From Candidatus Moraniibacteriota bacterium (lineage in GTDB: Bacteria > Patescibacteriota > Minisyncoccia > Moranbacterales > DUUL01), in NCBI GenBank assembly GCA_041583775.1, contig JBFHFF010000002.1, positions 64,274-128,273 of the forward strand: a stretch of DNA of 64,000 nt. The letters are read 5' to 3'. Positions 32,161 to 42,565 of this stretch are shown piece after piece. The notes beneath the pieces are model-generated. The model had not been told where the DNA came from. It saw only the letters and a list, made by a program, of their open reading frames with translations, and ran no database searches. Position numbers and translations under genes: made by a program. Numbering within the stretch: the first letter of the stretch is position 1; each line of letters begins with the position of its first letter.

Positions 32161-32634
32161 TTATTTTATGATATGCAATCCATTCTCATCAAAACCCAAT
32201 AATCCTCTGTCTAAATTTTCATTCTCCACAATGTTTTTAAAACCATCTTTAAATTTTTTAAAATAACTAGAAACAATTACTCCCAATTTCATTTTGCTTA
32301 ACTCTTCAAAAGAAAAAAAATCTATCTCTTGTCCTTCATTTCCCAATTTAATATCTTTTATTTTATCTTCCGATAATTTAATCCAATAGAGAGAATGTTC
32401 CAGTTTATCTGGAATAATAATCTTACCAATTTCCTTTATTTCATCCTCTGAAATTTGAAGATTTGATTCCTCCTTAACTTCTCGAATCAAAGCCTCTATG
32501 GGAGTTTCGTTTGCTTCCAGATATCCACCTATCAATTGCCAGCAGTTAGGATCCGGGATTCTTGGATTATTATCGCGCAACAACATTAATACTTTTTTAT
32601 TACATGTTATTAAAGCTCCTGATGATTTTTTCAT
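32161..32634 (-). CDS. NUDIX hydrolase
   Basis: GGYLEANETPIEALIREVKEE Nudix box. Confidence 0.88.
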   Translation of the reverse strand: MKKSSGALITCNKKVLMLLRDNNPRIPDPNCWQLIGGYLEANETPIEALIREVKEESNLQISEDEIKEIGKIIIPDKLEHSLYWIKLSEDKIKDIKLGNEGQEIDFFSFEELSKMKLGVIVSSYFKKFKDGFKNIVENENLDRGLLGFDENGLHIIK

Positions 32635-32837
32635 ATTAATTTATTTAGATAATTTTTTTAGCAATCATTATATTCTCTTTCTTCTTATTAATTCCCCAAA
32701 GATAGCAAAAAAAATCTTTGGATCACTACATAGCCAGAACGGTCCTCGAACAGTTTTAGGTATTGCAAATTTTACATAATAATACCACTTAAAATCAAAA
32801 AATACCTCCCCTATTTGATTGATATTTTTATTTTATC

Positions 32838-32976
32838 TGCACAGGATGAGAGAAAAACTCACTCGCGAAGCTCTCAATAGGGCTTCCGCCCTCTTATCCT
32901 CCCCATTCTTCGTCAGTCACCCCAAACTGGAAACTTCCGTTTCCCAACCCCTTCCCACTTCGATTCTCTCCTTGCA
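32838..32976. repeat. Small palindromic element bounded by inverted tRNA-Trp T-arm fragments
   Basis: Left end TGCACAGGATGAGAGAA resembles the antisense tRNA-Trp 3' end. Right end TTCGATTCTCTCC is an exact 13-nt match to the tRNA-Trp sense strand. Interior is GC-rich. Confidence 0.55.
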
Positions 32977-33009
32977 AATTAAAAATACCCTTGAAAGGGT
33001 ATTTTATTT

Positions 33010-33091
33010 GCACGGGGTCGTGAAGGATGTTAGAACTATTTTTATAAAAAGAAGTGACCCTCTTTTTATTCCAAATTCAAAGAATATTTAG
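33010..33091 (+). other. Left att junction of the element: GCACGGG core plus displaced integrase tail HGVVKDVRTIFIKRSDPLFIPNSKNI
   Basis: 7-bp core identical to 48201-48207 and in frame with the integrase W-H-G codons. Preceded by hairpin AAAATACCC-ttgaaa-GGGTATTTT. Confidence 0.8.
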
Positions 33092-33250
33092 TCTATATGG
33101 TCTGTTTTTTAATAAATTTAAAAGATAAACCTACTTTTATAAAAAATATCGACTTCTCTTATAAAAACTTCCCTTAAAGTTACCTAAACCCTCCTTATAC
33201 AAGTAAATTCCCTTGTATTAGCCAAAATAACGACTTCCCTTATCTTAATG

Positions 33251-34711
33251 CTAACTTCTCTTAATTGAATATAATGCATTTATATCACGTTTTTTTGTGG
33301 TATTTTTTTCCAAAACATCCATTAGACAAAATTTGTTAAGATATCCTCTTATGACTTTATCACTTTTAGATAGGCTAATACTCAACTGTCCAACTGTGGC
33401 ACCATTGCTCGCCAAAATATACGACAATATTTCTATTTCTGTTTCATTCAAGTGTTTCCACATCGATTCAACCTTTTTCATCACAATCTCTGGGATAGCT
33501 TTTTCGTGATCTGCTATCTTATTCCTAAGTATAAGAGTAACTGTATTGTTTCTATCATAATATTTTGGCTCTGCCAACATTGATTTTTCCATCGATTCAA
33601 AAATACGAGAAACTCCTTCATTTAATTCTCGTACAAGTCCCAAATCCGACAACACTCGTGCTACTCTTGGATTCCTAGAAAATCTCTCTTCTCTTATGTT
33701 TTCAACTGTAACCTGAGCTGGCAAAGGTCCACTATTGGATATTTCCAAACGATCATCAAAATGTTTTATATAGATACAATTTCCTTGAACATTATACGAA
33801 CGATGGCAAAGAGCATTAACCAACCCCTCAAGCCACGCTTCTTCTGGATATTCAGAAATCTTTACAAATCGTCCCTTCTCTACATCTAAATAATAATAAT
33901 CTCTTAATGAGGCATAGATAAATTTCTGGAGATCCCTTGCAAGAAGTGGAATACATCCCTCAAAACGTTCGTCTTTGATAACGTTGTGATCCACTCCTGT
34001 CTTTGCCACCACTCCATCATAACGTATGTATCTAGCGCACGATGACGGAATATACTTATCGGGATTTTTTGCAAAAAGAAGAACGGCTGAGTTTTTATAA
34101 ACCACCTCATTTCCGTCTCTGATAGCTAGGTTCCTACTGAGAAGAAGTTCCTTGTAATCACCCTCAAATTTAAGCTGCTTCTTATAAAATTCTAGGGTTT
34201 TTTCTTCAAAATCATTAGTGTCAAAGTCTTTCCTAGGTTCATCTTCAAAGCTTCTTATTTCTCTGTCATATTCCAATTTACGGACCTCTTCTCTGGTCAA
34301 TGGACCTTTGTTTGAGTCTCCTATCCTTATATAAACATCTTCATTATCTTTTCTGCAAAATACTCTTTCGTAATCCTGTTCTATGTGATAAATAAATAGC
34401 AACTCACCAGAATCCAAAATTACTTCCTCAAGCTCTACATTCGCTGGAGGAGCTATAAAATCAAAACAAATTTTACGATACCGATCGATTAAATTAGTAT
34501 TCATTGTTTTTAAATCTTGAACACCATCTTGTTCAGAAACACCCACTACTATAATCCCGCCGTCAGCATTAAGCATTCCAATTATCTCATTAGCAAGCTT
34601 TGTGGGTTTCAATCCAGATTCCTCAATCCCTTTTCTCTCGAAATACTGTCCTTCTACTTTTTCTATTAGATACTCTACAGTTATTCTTTTATCTATTTTA
34701 GAAATACTCAT
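33251..34711 (-). CDS. Schlafen/AlbA_2 domain, HATPase_c_4 (RecG C-terminal-like) and wHTH protein
   Basis: E.Q.FERK, MLNADGG.I..GV, EGLVNALCHRSY and RNPRVA motifs, C-terminal HTH. Confidence 0.85.
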   Translation of the reverse strand: MSISKIDKRITVEYLIEKVEGQYFERKGIEESGLKPTKLANEIIGMLNADGGIIVVGVSEQDGVQDLKTMNTNLIDRYRKICFDFIAPPANVELEEVILDSGELLFIYHIEQDYERVFCRKDNEDVYIRIGDSNKGPLTREEVRKLEYDREIRSFEDEPRKDFDTNDFEEKTLEFYKKQLKFEGDYKELLLSRNLAIRDGNEVVYKNSAVLLFAKNPDKYIPSSCARYIRYDGVVAKTGVDHNVIKDERFEGCIPLLARDLQKFIYASLRDYYYLDVEKGRFVKISEYPEEAWLEGLVNALCHRSYNVQGNCIYIKHFDDRLEISNSGPLPAQVTVENIREERFSRNPRVARVLSDLGLVRELNEGVSRIFESMEKSMLAEPKYYDRNNTVTLILRNKIADHEKAIPEIVMKKVESMWKHLNETEIEILSYILASNGATVGQLSISLSKSDKVIRGYLNKFCLMDVLEKNTTKKRDINALYSIKRS

Positions 34712-34846
34712 AAAAAATTATTTAATTAAAAAATATTTACCATAATCGCTTAAAACAAAACTATCTATACGCATATACTAATTAATTATCTTTATCGTCA
34801 ATGTCTTTAGATTATTTCAAAAAATTGAAAAGCTATGTTTTTAATT

Positions 34847-35491
34847 TTATTTTCTTTTCTGAAAAATCCTTAATTTACTTATCTTATTTTTAATAGCAGC
34901 TGGCATAAAGCCAAAGTGACCATAGAACACCCACATATAGGTAAGAAAAAATATAATGTTAGCAAATAAAAAAAATATAGATACGTACTTGTTCTCCAAA
35001 AAATTATTGGTCAATGAAAATATGACCGTGCATATAATAGAAATGAAAGACGGCAAAATAAAGGTGCTAAACACCACCATATAAAATGCTGTATCTTTTT
35101 TGAAATTCAAGAAAATAATTTCACTCCCCTTTTTTGTATAACTTTTTATCAGTTCCGTATTGTAACGAACTACATTTTCTTTTCCTGACAATTCTTTTAT
35201 TCTGCTCTCAATTTCACTACTCAGATATGCCCGTAATTCCACAACATTGAGAGCATTATCCAACCACCACAAACCAAATAAAGCTGATTCGATAGGTACC
35301 AAAAAAATCAACCAGCGACCAAGAGGAAGTAAAAAAATTCCTCCTAATATTGTCGTGATCGTCGCAATGTGCATCTGAAGAAGTGTATTTTGAGCGTTAC
35401 TTCGATTTTGCACCTCAGTATTCAAAACGTTATACTCTACAAGGACTGCGGATAGCGCATTTCCATCTATTTCTTTTGTTGCTTTGTTCAT
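34847..35491 (-). CDS. Hypothetical 4-TM membrane protein
   Basis: EY..L..E...R helix followed by TM pairs. Confidence 0.6.
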   Translation of the reverse strand: MNKATKEIDGNALSAVLVEYNVLNTEVQNRSNAQNTLLQMHIATITTILGGIFLLPLGRWLIFLVPIESALFGLWWLDNALNVVELRAYLSSEIESRIKELSGKENVVRYNTELIKSYTKKGSEIIFLNFKKDTAFYMVVFSTFILPSFISIICTVIFSLTNNFLENKYVSIFFLFANIIFFLTYMWVFYGHFGFMPAAIKNKISKLRIFQKRK

Positions 35492-35689
35492 AATTTTGTT
35501 TGATTGCTCGTCCGCAGGGCTATTTGACAGATTAATGCCTTAATTGTAACACAGGAGTTTTCATATTACACTAATTTATATAAAAAATAGCTAACAAAAA
35601 CACTTTGGAAATCCACACCCAGCGATGGATACTATAACCATTTTTATTGGAAAAGAAGGGAATGGTTATATTTAAATATCAATCTCTTT

Positions 35690-36631
35690 AATTCAATTTT
35701 GTTTGTTTTGAATTTCTAGAAGGAATATATTCCAAAACCTTTTCGACCTCATTGACTGTTGCATCTAGGTCAAACTCCCCATCTATTTTTTCACTCTCTG
35801 AATCAATTTTATTTTTAATACGTCCGTGAAATGAAGTCTTATTTTGTTTTCTCTATATTTTTCCAAAAACTCTTCATCTTTTATGGTTGCTTTTATAATC
35901 TGGTCTCCTTTACCACCCAACCTAAACGACCACTGCCTTGGGTCAGCGTCAAAACTTCCTCTTTTTGGACTTACAAAAATTTCCATCTCCGTTTTAACCT
36001 CTTCTTCTACTGCTAAGGAAGGTATTTCTGCTTCTGAATAATTTCTAAAACTTTCTACATCACCTTTGTTAAAAGTAACTTTTGTTTCTTCTTCTTCCTT
36101 TTGTAAATAACAATCTATACTTTCTACGTTATCTCCTTCCAATGGTAGACCATATGAATTATAAACAAATTTTTGTATATTATTGTTCGAAAATAATTGA
36201 TGAGTTCTACTGCCAACTACAAAAGCATTACCCTCTTCATTTGTGTATCTAATCTCATTAGGCTTTAGTTGCTCCACTGTTTTAGGCTTCCCTTTTAGTT
36301 TTTTTATTAACCAAAATAGACTTCCTCCTCCTCCAGTAATTAACCCTACCCACTCAAGCAGCTCCTTTATATCCTTTGTGCTATCCTTATTTATTAAATC
36401 TAATATTCCTTGACAATTATTTTGAGCAAACAATACAATATCAACAATAAAAGAGCCTTCCCTAAAAGGTTTTATGTTAACAGCGACCTCCCTACCATTA
36501 GGATTTAAAATTTTATTGCTCTCTTTTATCAGCTCGCCGAGGGATAACAATACTGGTGCTAACTCGAAAACATCCAATCCACAATCAATATTCTTGCCAT
36601 CTAACCGATAAATAAAATTAACCTTTTTCAA
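35690..36631 (-). pseudogene. Conserved hypothetical protein with frameshifted C-terminus
   Basis: ORF 35783..36631 stops at GTG-AAAAAA-TAG. One extra A continues it as IDGEFDLDATVNEVEKVLEYIPSRNSKQTKLN. Confidence 0.55.
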
Positions 36632-36670
36632 TATAGTATGCTAATTAATTATGTTTTGCTGCCTCCTTTA

Positions 36671-36847
36671 TTATACACGATTTTTATCAATAAATCTTTC
36701 TATTTCACCACCCTTGTTCCGCTCATCTATCTTCAAGAGTAAATCGAAAAAACCAACGAAATTACTTTTAGACTCAGAGACCTCTTTATCAGTTAATTTT
36801 TTTCCACTTAATTTTTCATAAAACTCTTTGTTGCTTTTTTTATTCAT
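36671..36847 (-). CDS. Small hypothetical protein (58 aa, NFVGFFDLLLKIDER motif)
   Basis: Read directly from sequence; below the ORF-track cutoff. Confidence 0.6.
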   Translation of the reverse strand: MNKKSNKEFYEKLSGKKLTDKEVSESKSNFVGFFDLLLKIDERNKGGEIERFIDKNRV

Positions 36848-36935
36848 AAATATAAATATTTATTTAAAGTATTTTTCTATACTAACTTATGAAAAAATCC
36901 AGACCTTAGCTCCGAAAAAAATCTGTCGATAGATA

Positions 36936-39900
36936 TTATTTTTCAAATTCAAGTTTTCTTAGTTTAATTCCCTCTTCCTCTTTCTTCCTTTGTTCATCTG
37001 CCATTTCGTTTAAATTTTCAATCATTTTTATGGCAAATCTGCTAACCCTATCTTCGGCTGAATCCAGATATTTTTCTAAAGAACTGGCTTTATTTCTTAA
37101 GCTATCAGAAAAACCATACTCACCAGAAACTACGCCAGTTTTATGCATAAGAGAAGCAACCCTGTTTAAAATCTTTTCATCATCAGTTCTCTTAACAATT
37201 TCAAAACAAATTTCAAATGATGGAACGCTAACCGTTCTTAAAATATCAACCGCATTTGCCAAACTTTTAGCATCCCCTTTTTCGATAATATTTTTCAATA
37301 CTTTATCAAAAGATTTATCTATTTTTTCTATAAACTGCCCTAACTCCCAATTATATATGCTCCACTCCTTTGTCATCTTCTCTGACCATTTTCCGATATA
37401 ATTAATATATTCGTCATTTTTACTTATATATTCGGCAAGATTCTCATTAAAATTAAACGGAATAGCTTCATAATGATGCAGTCCTAATCGCTTCTTTGGT
37501 TTCTCTTTTTGTGCCCTTTTTATCCTATTTAGAATAAGCTCCATAATTGAGTCGAAATTCTTTTTTTCCATATTAAGAAGAAGTTCTTGGGCGTCACAAT
37601 TAAAATCTTCTATTTCGACCAACTTACTCAAAATATACTTTTTAGTTTCTGTCCTAAACTTTGAACAATCAATTGATTCTCTAATCTCCATATGGTGCAA
37701 CTCTCGTATAAAAAAACCTGGCATTAATGGGTTTTTTTCGATTTCAGAAATAAACAATTTTTCAATCACCTTAGGGTTCTTTGCGTGAATGCTTGAGAGG
37801 CCTTGCATTAAAGAGGAATGAAAGGCAAATTCATTGACACCCTTCCTTCTCAAAAAACTAAATGTTCTGTCTTTATTTATAGACCTTTGAAATAATTCTA
37901 TGTCTTTTCTTCTTACACCTTTTTTTATCCCCTTTTTATTAATATACAAAAACGAAAGATAGGCATCAAAAAGCTGTTCTGCGGATTTGTTTTTTATAAT
38001 TATGTCTACATATTTGTCCCAAAGTTGAAGGTTATCTTCTTTTCTAAATCCATATAAAAATTGTCCCACAAATTTGAACAGTGGTTTTTTATTTTTAACC
38101 GCATCGTCCAAAATAATTTCGGCTATTTCTGGTTTTTTCTCAGCTAATCGCTGAAGCAAAGAGTTAAATCCTTGAAGTTTCCAACTCTCTTCTTCAACTC
38201 CATATTGCGCCATATCATTCAATATTATTTTCCATTTTTCAACACTTTTCAAGTTTATTTTAGACAAACAAGATGAAATGGTGTCATTCCTTCTCTTTTC
38301 ATATGCTTCGTATTTCTTTTCTTCCTTGTAAACAATGTCACCGATTAGAACCCTATACAATCCATAAAACTCATCTGAACGTATTTTACTTAATATTTTT
38401 TTTATTTTTTCTTCGTTTTCAGTGCCGAGTTTGTCTATCCAGATTAATTTTTCTTCTATTTCCAAAACGATTGGTGATTCAGCTTTAATATTGTCCTGCT
38501 TACCAAAAATGATATCCTCATAAAAATCCATAACGTATTCGAGTTCTTCATAAATGAATTTTCTTCCTTTCTCATCTATATTAGAATGAAAACGAGAAAT
38601 GTTTTCAAGTGTTTCAAGAAGACTAATTTTAGATTTCACATCAACAACCCGCCCGTATAGATTTTTTATTAAATCAATTGCTTCTCTTCGTATCTTTCTC
38701 AATTCTTCACTCGGAACGAGTGGTCCAGAAATCAATGATATGGTGTTCCAATCTCTCATCTCCTGTAACTCATAAGAAAACTCTAGAATTTTACCAAGCG
38801 CTTTGTTTATTATTTTCAAATTCCTTATTTGCTTAGCATTGTCCCATACTAAAATCGTAGCAATTAAATCTTTTTGATACTTATAAAGAAAAGCTACTGA
38901 ATTTTTTCTTTGTCTCAATACCTGATATTTTGAAAAGTTTTTCACAGCATCTAGAATTTTTTTCTCACTTAATCCCATTTCTTCGTATTCGCAAAACTCC
39001 ACGAGAAGATTAAAGGCATTTATAAAATCAGCATTTTTGATTTTGTTAATAATATCTATGCATTTTTCAGCAATATTTATCAAAGTTTTTCCTGGTATTT
39101 CACCTAATATACTTGATTCATTTTTCTTCTTGTTTGTTTTGACTTTATTCATACAGTCCCTTAATAAATCGACTATTTCTTCATTGCCATATCTACCGAT
39201 ATTTACCTCCTCGGTATACTTCTCCAATAACAACAATTCTTGGTAAATTTTATTGTTGTTTTGGGACCTTATATGTTCAGGATTGAATATTGCACGGCCT
39301 TTTTCAAGTTCACCGTACAAATAGGAGATGTTTTCAAACTCAAAACTTGCTTCATTAATGTGCCTTATCATTATATCTTTAAATCTCTCATCCAATATTT
39401 CGAATTCTTTTGGGTATCTCTTTTTCACTTCCTGTGTAGGTTTGTATATAATGTCGTGTTCTAGTTCGGACCAAGCGTGAAACAATGGTGTTGTTAATTG
39501 TATTTCACATTTTAGACCCTTAAATTTTGAATATTCCAATAATCTTAATCTTTCTTCATTAAGACCATTAACAACCAAGTGGATTGCCTTGTAACCATCG
39601 TGCTTTAACTTTCTTTTTATTTTTACATTTAGCAACTCCTTCTCTACTAATTTAGAAAACTTATCAGCTTCACTTTCCAAGTAAAAAATTATTCGTACCC
39701 CAGCCAAATCATCAATATCTGAAAATTTCTTTATACTCTTTTCAATATAATAGACTGAACTTCCTTCTGGTCGCTTTAACTTTTCTTTTAGCTTATATTT
39801 TTCTTTTACTCTATAAGTTATAACTTGAATTTTTGATTTAAGCTTTTTTTCTTCAATTATTTTTTCAATTATCGTTTTTATTGCCAAAGCAAAACTCTCA

Positions 39901-39974
39901 TACAACTTTATTTTTTCATCGTTGTATTCAATCATTATTTGATTCACCCTGTCGTCTGCTTTACGTTTTTTCAT
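36936..39974 (-). CDS. RelA/SpoT-like nucleotidyltransferase domain fused to an approximately 800-aa helical region
   Basis: RVK...L.EK, DLAGVRII, GYKAIHL and EIQLTT...HAWSELEHDIIYK motifs. Confidence 0.85.
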   Translation of the reverse strand: MKKRKADDRVNQIMIEYNDEKIKLYESFALAIKTIIEKIIEEKKLKSKIQVITYRVKEKYKLKEKLKRPEGSSVYYIEKSIKKFSDIDDLAGVRIIFYLESEADKFSKLVEKELLNVKIKRKLKHDGYKAIHLVVNGLNEERLRLLEYSKFKGLKCEIQLTTPLFHAWSELEHDIIYKPTQEVKKRYPKEFEILDERFKDIMIRHINEASFEFENISYLYGELEKGRAIFNPEHIRSQNNNKIYQELLLLEKYTEEVNIGRYGNEEIVDLLRDCMNKVKTNKKKNESSILGEIPGKTLINIAEKCIDIINKIKNADFINAFNLLVEFCEYEEMGLSEKKILDAVKNFSKYQVLRQRKNSVAFLYKYQKDLIATILVWDNAKQIRNLKIINKALGKILEFSYELQEMRDWNTISLISGPLVPSEELRKIRREAIDLIKNLYGRVVDVKSKISLLETLENISRFHSNIDEKGRKFIYEELEYVMDFYEDIIFGKQDNIKAESPIVLEIEEKLIWIDKLGTENEEKIKKILSKIRSDEFYGLYRVLIGDIVYKEEKKYEAYEKRRNDTISSCLSKINLKSVEKWKIILNDMAQYGVEEESWKLQGFNSLLQRLAEKKPEIAEIILDDAVKNKKPLFKFVGQFLYGFRKEDNLQLWDKYVDIIIKNKSAEQLFDAYLSFLYINKKGIKKGVRRKDIELFQRSINKDRTFSFLRRKGVNEFAFHSSLMQGLSSIHAKNPKVIEKLFISEIEKNPLMPGFFIRELHHMEIRESIDCSKFRTETKKYILSKLVEIEDFNCDAQELLLNMEKKNFDSIMELILNRIKRAQKEKPKKRLGLHHYEAIPFNFNENLAEYISKNDEYINYIGKWSEKMTKEWSIYNWELGQFIEKIDKSFDKVLKNIIEKGDAKSLANAVDILRTVSVPSFEICFEIVKRTDDEKILNRVASLMHKTGVVSGEYGFSDSLRNKASSLEKYLDSAEDRVSRFAIKMIENLNEMADEQRKKEEEGIKLRKLEFEK

Positions 39975-40132
39975 AAAAATTCATCTTTGAAACTTATTGC
40001 CTTAATCATACACCCAGACATTATCTTTACAACCTAACTTAAATTCAAAAAAGTTATAGCCAAAAAATCTCTACTTCTAAAAAAATAAAGGAAAATGAGC
40101 TTTGTTTATAGTCGAATTCTTTGTTCCACCTT

Positions 40133-40519
40133 TTATAGATCTATATCAAGCAATTGACTAGGATTAGATATAAGATCTACATTAATCAACCTATCAAACG
40201 CTTTTTCTTTTTTCAACACCGCTTTTTCACTTTCAAACGGAAAATCTTCCAACTAAACAAATTCTTGACTAAAATCAATTGCCTCAGTCTTCAATGTCCC
40301 CCAATTCGTTGGTAGAATCCCCTGAAGACACCTAGGAGGCTCCTCTCCTGTCTTTTGCTTGATATGTTCGATAGCTGGGCTTGCGTCTCCCTTGCAGTGC
40401 ATGGTGAGCCAATAACACTTGTGTTTATTCGTTACCTTTTCTAAAAATTCTACTGCGCCAATTGCCCAGTTACCATCTTTAGTAAGAAGAACTCCATCTA
40501 TGTCTAGATATACATTCAT
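40133..40519 (-). pseudogene. HAD-like phosphatase domain protein with in-frame TAG
   Basis: YLDIDGVL motif. The frame continues past TAG 40253 as EFV*LEDFPFESEK...LDIDL, where Trp is expected. Confidence 0.7.
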
Positions 40520-40564
40520 TTTTAATAAATTGCTAATTATAGAAACAAGGTAATTCTAAGTAAC

Positions 40565-40804
40565 TTAAAGAACCTCATTTTTACGCGCAAGAAGTTCTGC
40601 ATCTTCCAATCTGATTTTCTTTCGATACGCAAAAAATACTTTTTCTACTATTTTAATATCTTCCAACGAATACTTCCTTCCCTTTTCGAGTGCCTCTTTC
40701 AAAACGTACATTATTTCTTCTTCAGAGAATTTTCCTGCATTAAATGCATTAAAGTCTCCTGTTTCATTTGTATATTCATTTTTAATATCGATGATTTCCA
40801 TCAT
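40565..40804 (-). CDS. Hypothetical protein
   Basis: 79-aa ORF co-oriented with its neighbours. Confidence 0.5.
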   Translation of the reverse strand: MMEIIDIKNEYTNETGDFNAFNAGKFSEEEIMYVLKEALEKGRKYSLEDIKIVEKVFFAYRKKIRLEDAELLARKNEVL

Positions 40805-40839
40805 ATCTTCTCTTGAAATCCCTTTATGCCCCTCGACTA

Positions 40840-41511
40840 TTAATATCCCCCAGATACAGTCTTCATACTCTTCGTCTCTCTTTTTTCCCTCTCAATGGTT
40901 TCATCGTCTGACACAGACATACCATCAAAAGATCCTGCATAAGTACAACAAACTACCCTACCATTCGGCAAACAAAGATACGTCATAATGGCACTATCTT
41001 CTGTTCTCATCCCCTCTAAAAGATATTTTACTTTTTCATCCTCTTCCTTAGAATGAATCTCAGCATTCCCATCTTCAACTATGGATGTGATTTTCTCATT
41101 CTTTATAAAACATTGGGGAACTCTAACTATTTCACCCTTCTTAATTTTCTCACGGATAATTTTTATATGTCTGTCAGTAGCAAATGATGATCCATTCAGA
41201 AACTCTTCCACGTCATTCATTTCCAAATGAAATTTAATAACTGCCCAGTCATCTTCATAAAAAGCATTTAACCCCTTCACATTTTCTTTTAGATCAATTT
41301 TTCTAAATCCCTTAACATCAATTAAATAGCCAGATTCTCTGTCAAAAAAAGACTTGCGAAATTTAATTCCACCGCCGTCCCTTTCATCGAACATTTTTTC
41401 ATCATTTTTTATGTAAGATTTTAGCTCTTTTAATCTCTTATAGCCTAAAATAAAAGACACTACCAATCCGATACATAAACCTGACACAAGATAAGTTGTT
41501 TCTATTGGCAT
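40840..41511 (-). CDS. Hypothetical protein with N-terminal TM
   Basis: 223-aa ORF. Confidence 0.6.
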   Translation of the reverse strand: MPIETTYLVSGLCIGLVVSFILGYKRLKELKSYIKNDEKMFDERDGGGIKFRKSFFDRESGYLIDVKGFRKIDLKENVKGLNAFYEDDWAVIKFHLEMNDVEEFLNGSSFATDRHIKIIREKIKKGEIVRVPQCFIKNEKITSIVEDGNAEIHSKEEDEKVKYLLEGMRTEDSAIMTYLCLPNGRVVCCTYAGSFDGMSVSDDETIEREKRETKSMKTVSGGY

Positions 41512-41614
41512 AATATTTGTTTATTAGCTTGCTTTATTATCCTGACATACTCAAAGTATACATCCTACCTAAGAAAAAGGTACTAAAGAATTGCATAAAC
41601 CAAAATAATAGAGG

Positions 41615-41788
41615 CTAAGCCATTTGATCTATTTGCGCCAAGTCCATTTCGAGATTCAACAGGCACATCTCCTCCGTCATATCTGGGTGCTTCGCTTGTA
41701 GTTTCTCTACTGCTTCCCAAATCATTTTTGGATTGTACGTCGCTAGTGTTGGGTACTACTTTGGGTCTATCGATTTCATATTGTTCAT
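41615..41788 (-). pseudogene. Small ORF with in-frame TAG at codon 11
   Basis: MNNMKSIDPK*YPTLATYNPKMIWEAVEKLQAKHPDMTEEMCLLNLEMDLAQIDQMA. Confidence 0.45.
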
Positions 41789-41873
41789 ATTGTTTAGTTA
41801 TACTATTTAGATATGACTCTTCTTTTTCCTTCGCTCATTTTTGTATCTTTCTTTAGTATAATATCCTTTTGTA

Positions 41874-42386
41874 TTAATCAACGACCTCTGCCCACTCTTG
41901 AAATTTTGGTGTCATTTTTCTTGCTAAATACATCGCAAACATAACATTCTCAAGATTTTTCTCAGCCTTCAATTTCTTAGATAAAAATTCAGAAAATTCA
42001 ACGGAAACAATAGTCAGATCTTTATCATCCGCATAAATTTCATCGTATTTTCTGTAATGCAAATTAAAATCATCGCAAACAAGTTGTTGTGCTTTGGAAT
42101 CATAACCAGATTTTTTCAATCTATTATAATACTGATTATGCACTTCATCTAGAATTGCTCTGTGCATTAATCCAAGAAAAACATCTGAATTTTTGAACAA
42201 CCAAAAGGAAAGTGCCGTCAATTCAAACTTAACAATTTCCTTTGTTTCTTGATCTTTTATTTTCCCTTCTTCCTCGAAATGATCAATAGTCTCCATAACT
42301 ATCTTAGCAATCTCTTCAAGGACAAATAAAGCACTTCCTCTTATCATTTTTTTATACCTCTGATACTTTAGAAATTTTAATAACAT
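41874..42386 (-). CDS. Hypothetical protein, first gene of the leftward cargo unit
   Basis: 170-aa ORF directly after a structured leader. Confidence 0.6.
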   Translation of the reverse strand: MLLKFLKYQRYKKMIRGSALFVLEEIAKIVMETIDHFEEEGKIKDQETKEIVKFELTALSFWLFKNSDVFLGLMHRAILDEVHNQYYNRLKKSGYDSKAQQLVCDDFNLHYRKYDEIYADDKDLTIVSVEFSEFLSKKLKAEKNLENVMFAMYLARKMTPKFQEWAEVVD

Positions 42387-42565
42387 AAAAACGACTTAAT
42401 TGTTAAGTCGTCGGGAAGTTTATCTCGAGAGGACGACCCGGCGGTATCCACATTCAAGAAAACACCAAGTGTCTCTATTGTGTGCACCGAATCGCCCACT
42501 AAAAGGCGCAATAGAGACAAGCGTAGCTTGTTTTATGATGTTTATTTGAATATGGATACACTTCC
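42387..42565 (-). promoter_or_regulatory. Structured leader RNA with terminator/antiterminator
   Basis: Nested 14-bp and 13-bp stems. Terminator ACGACTTAA/TTAAGTCGT-T tract overlaps a GTCGTC/GACGAC stem. TTGTGC-17-TATATT promoter upstream. Confidence 0.65.

Noticed and set aside
32819-33091. 90-aa plus-strand ORF as a real gene
   Set aside because: It is a chance read-through of the palindromic element into the displaced integrase tail.
29884-33091. Classical integron
   Set aside because: No tyrosine integrase IntI and no attC-type palindromes. The GTTAGAA resemblance to GTTRRRY is explained by the V-R-T codons of the integrase tails.
30587-41758. Stop-codon recoding (TGA=Gly/Trp or TAG=Gln) suggested by several in-frame stops
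   Set aside because: TGA and TAG terminate many intact genes, including secA, rpmG and pilins. Long ORFs have no internal stops, and the interrupted positions imply different residues. Simple nonsense mutations fit better.
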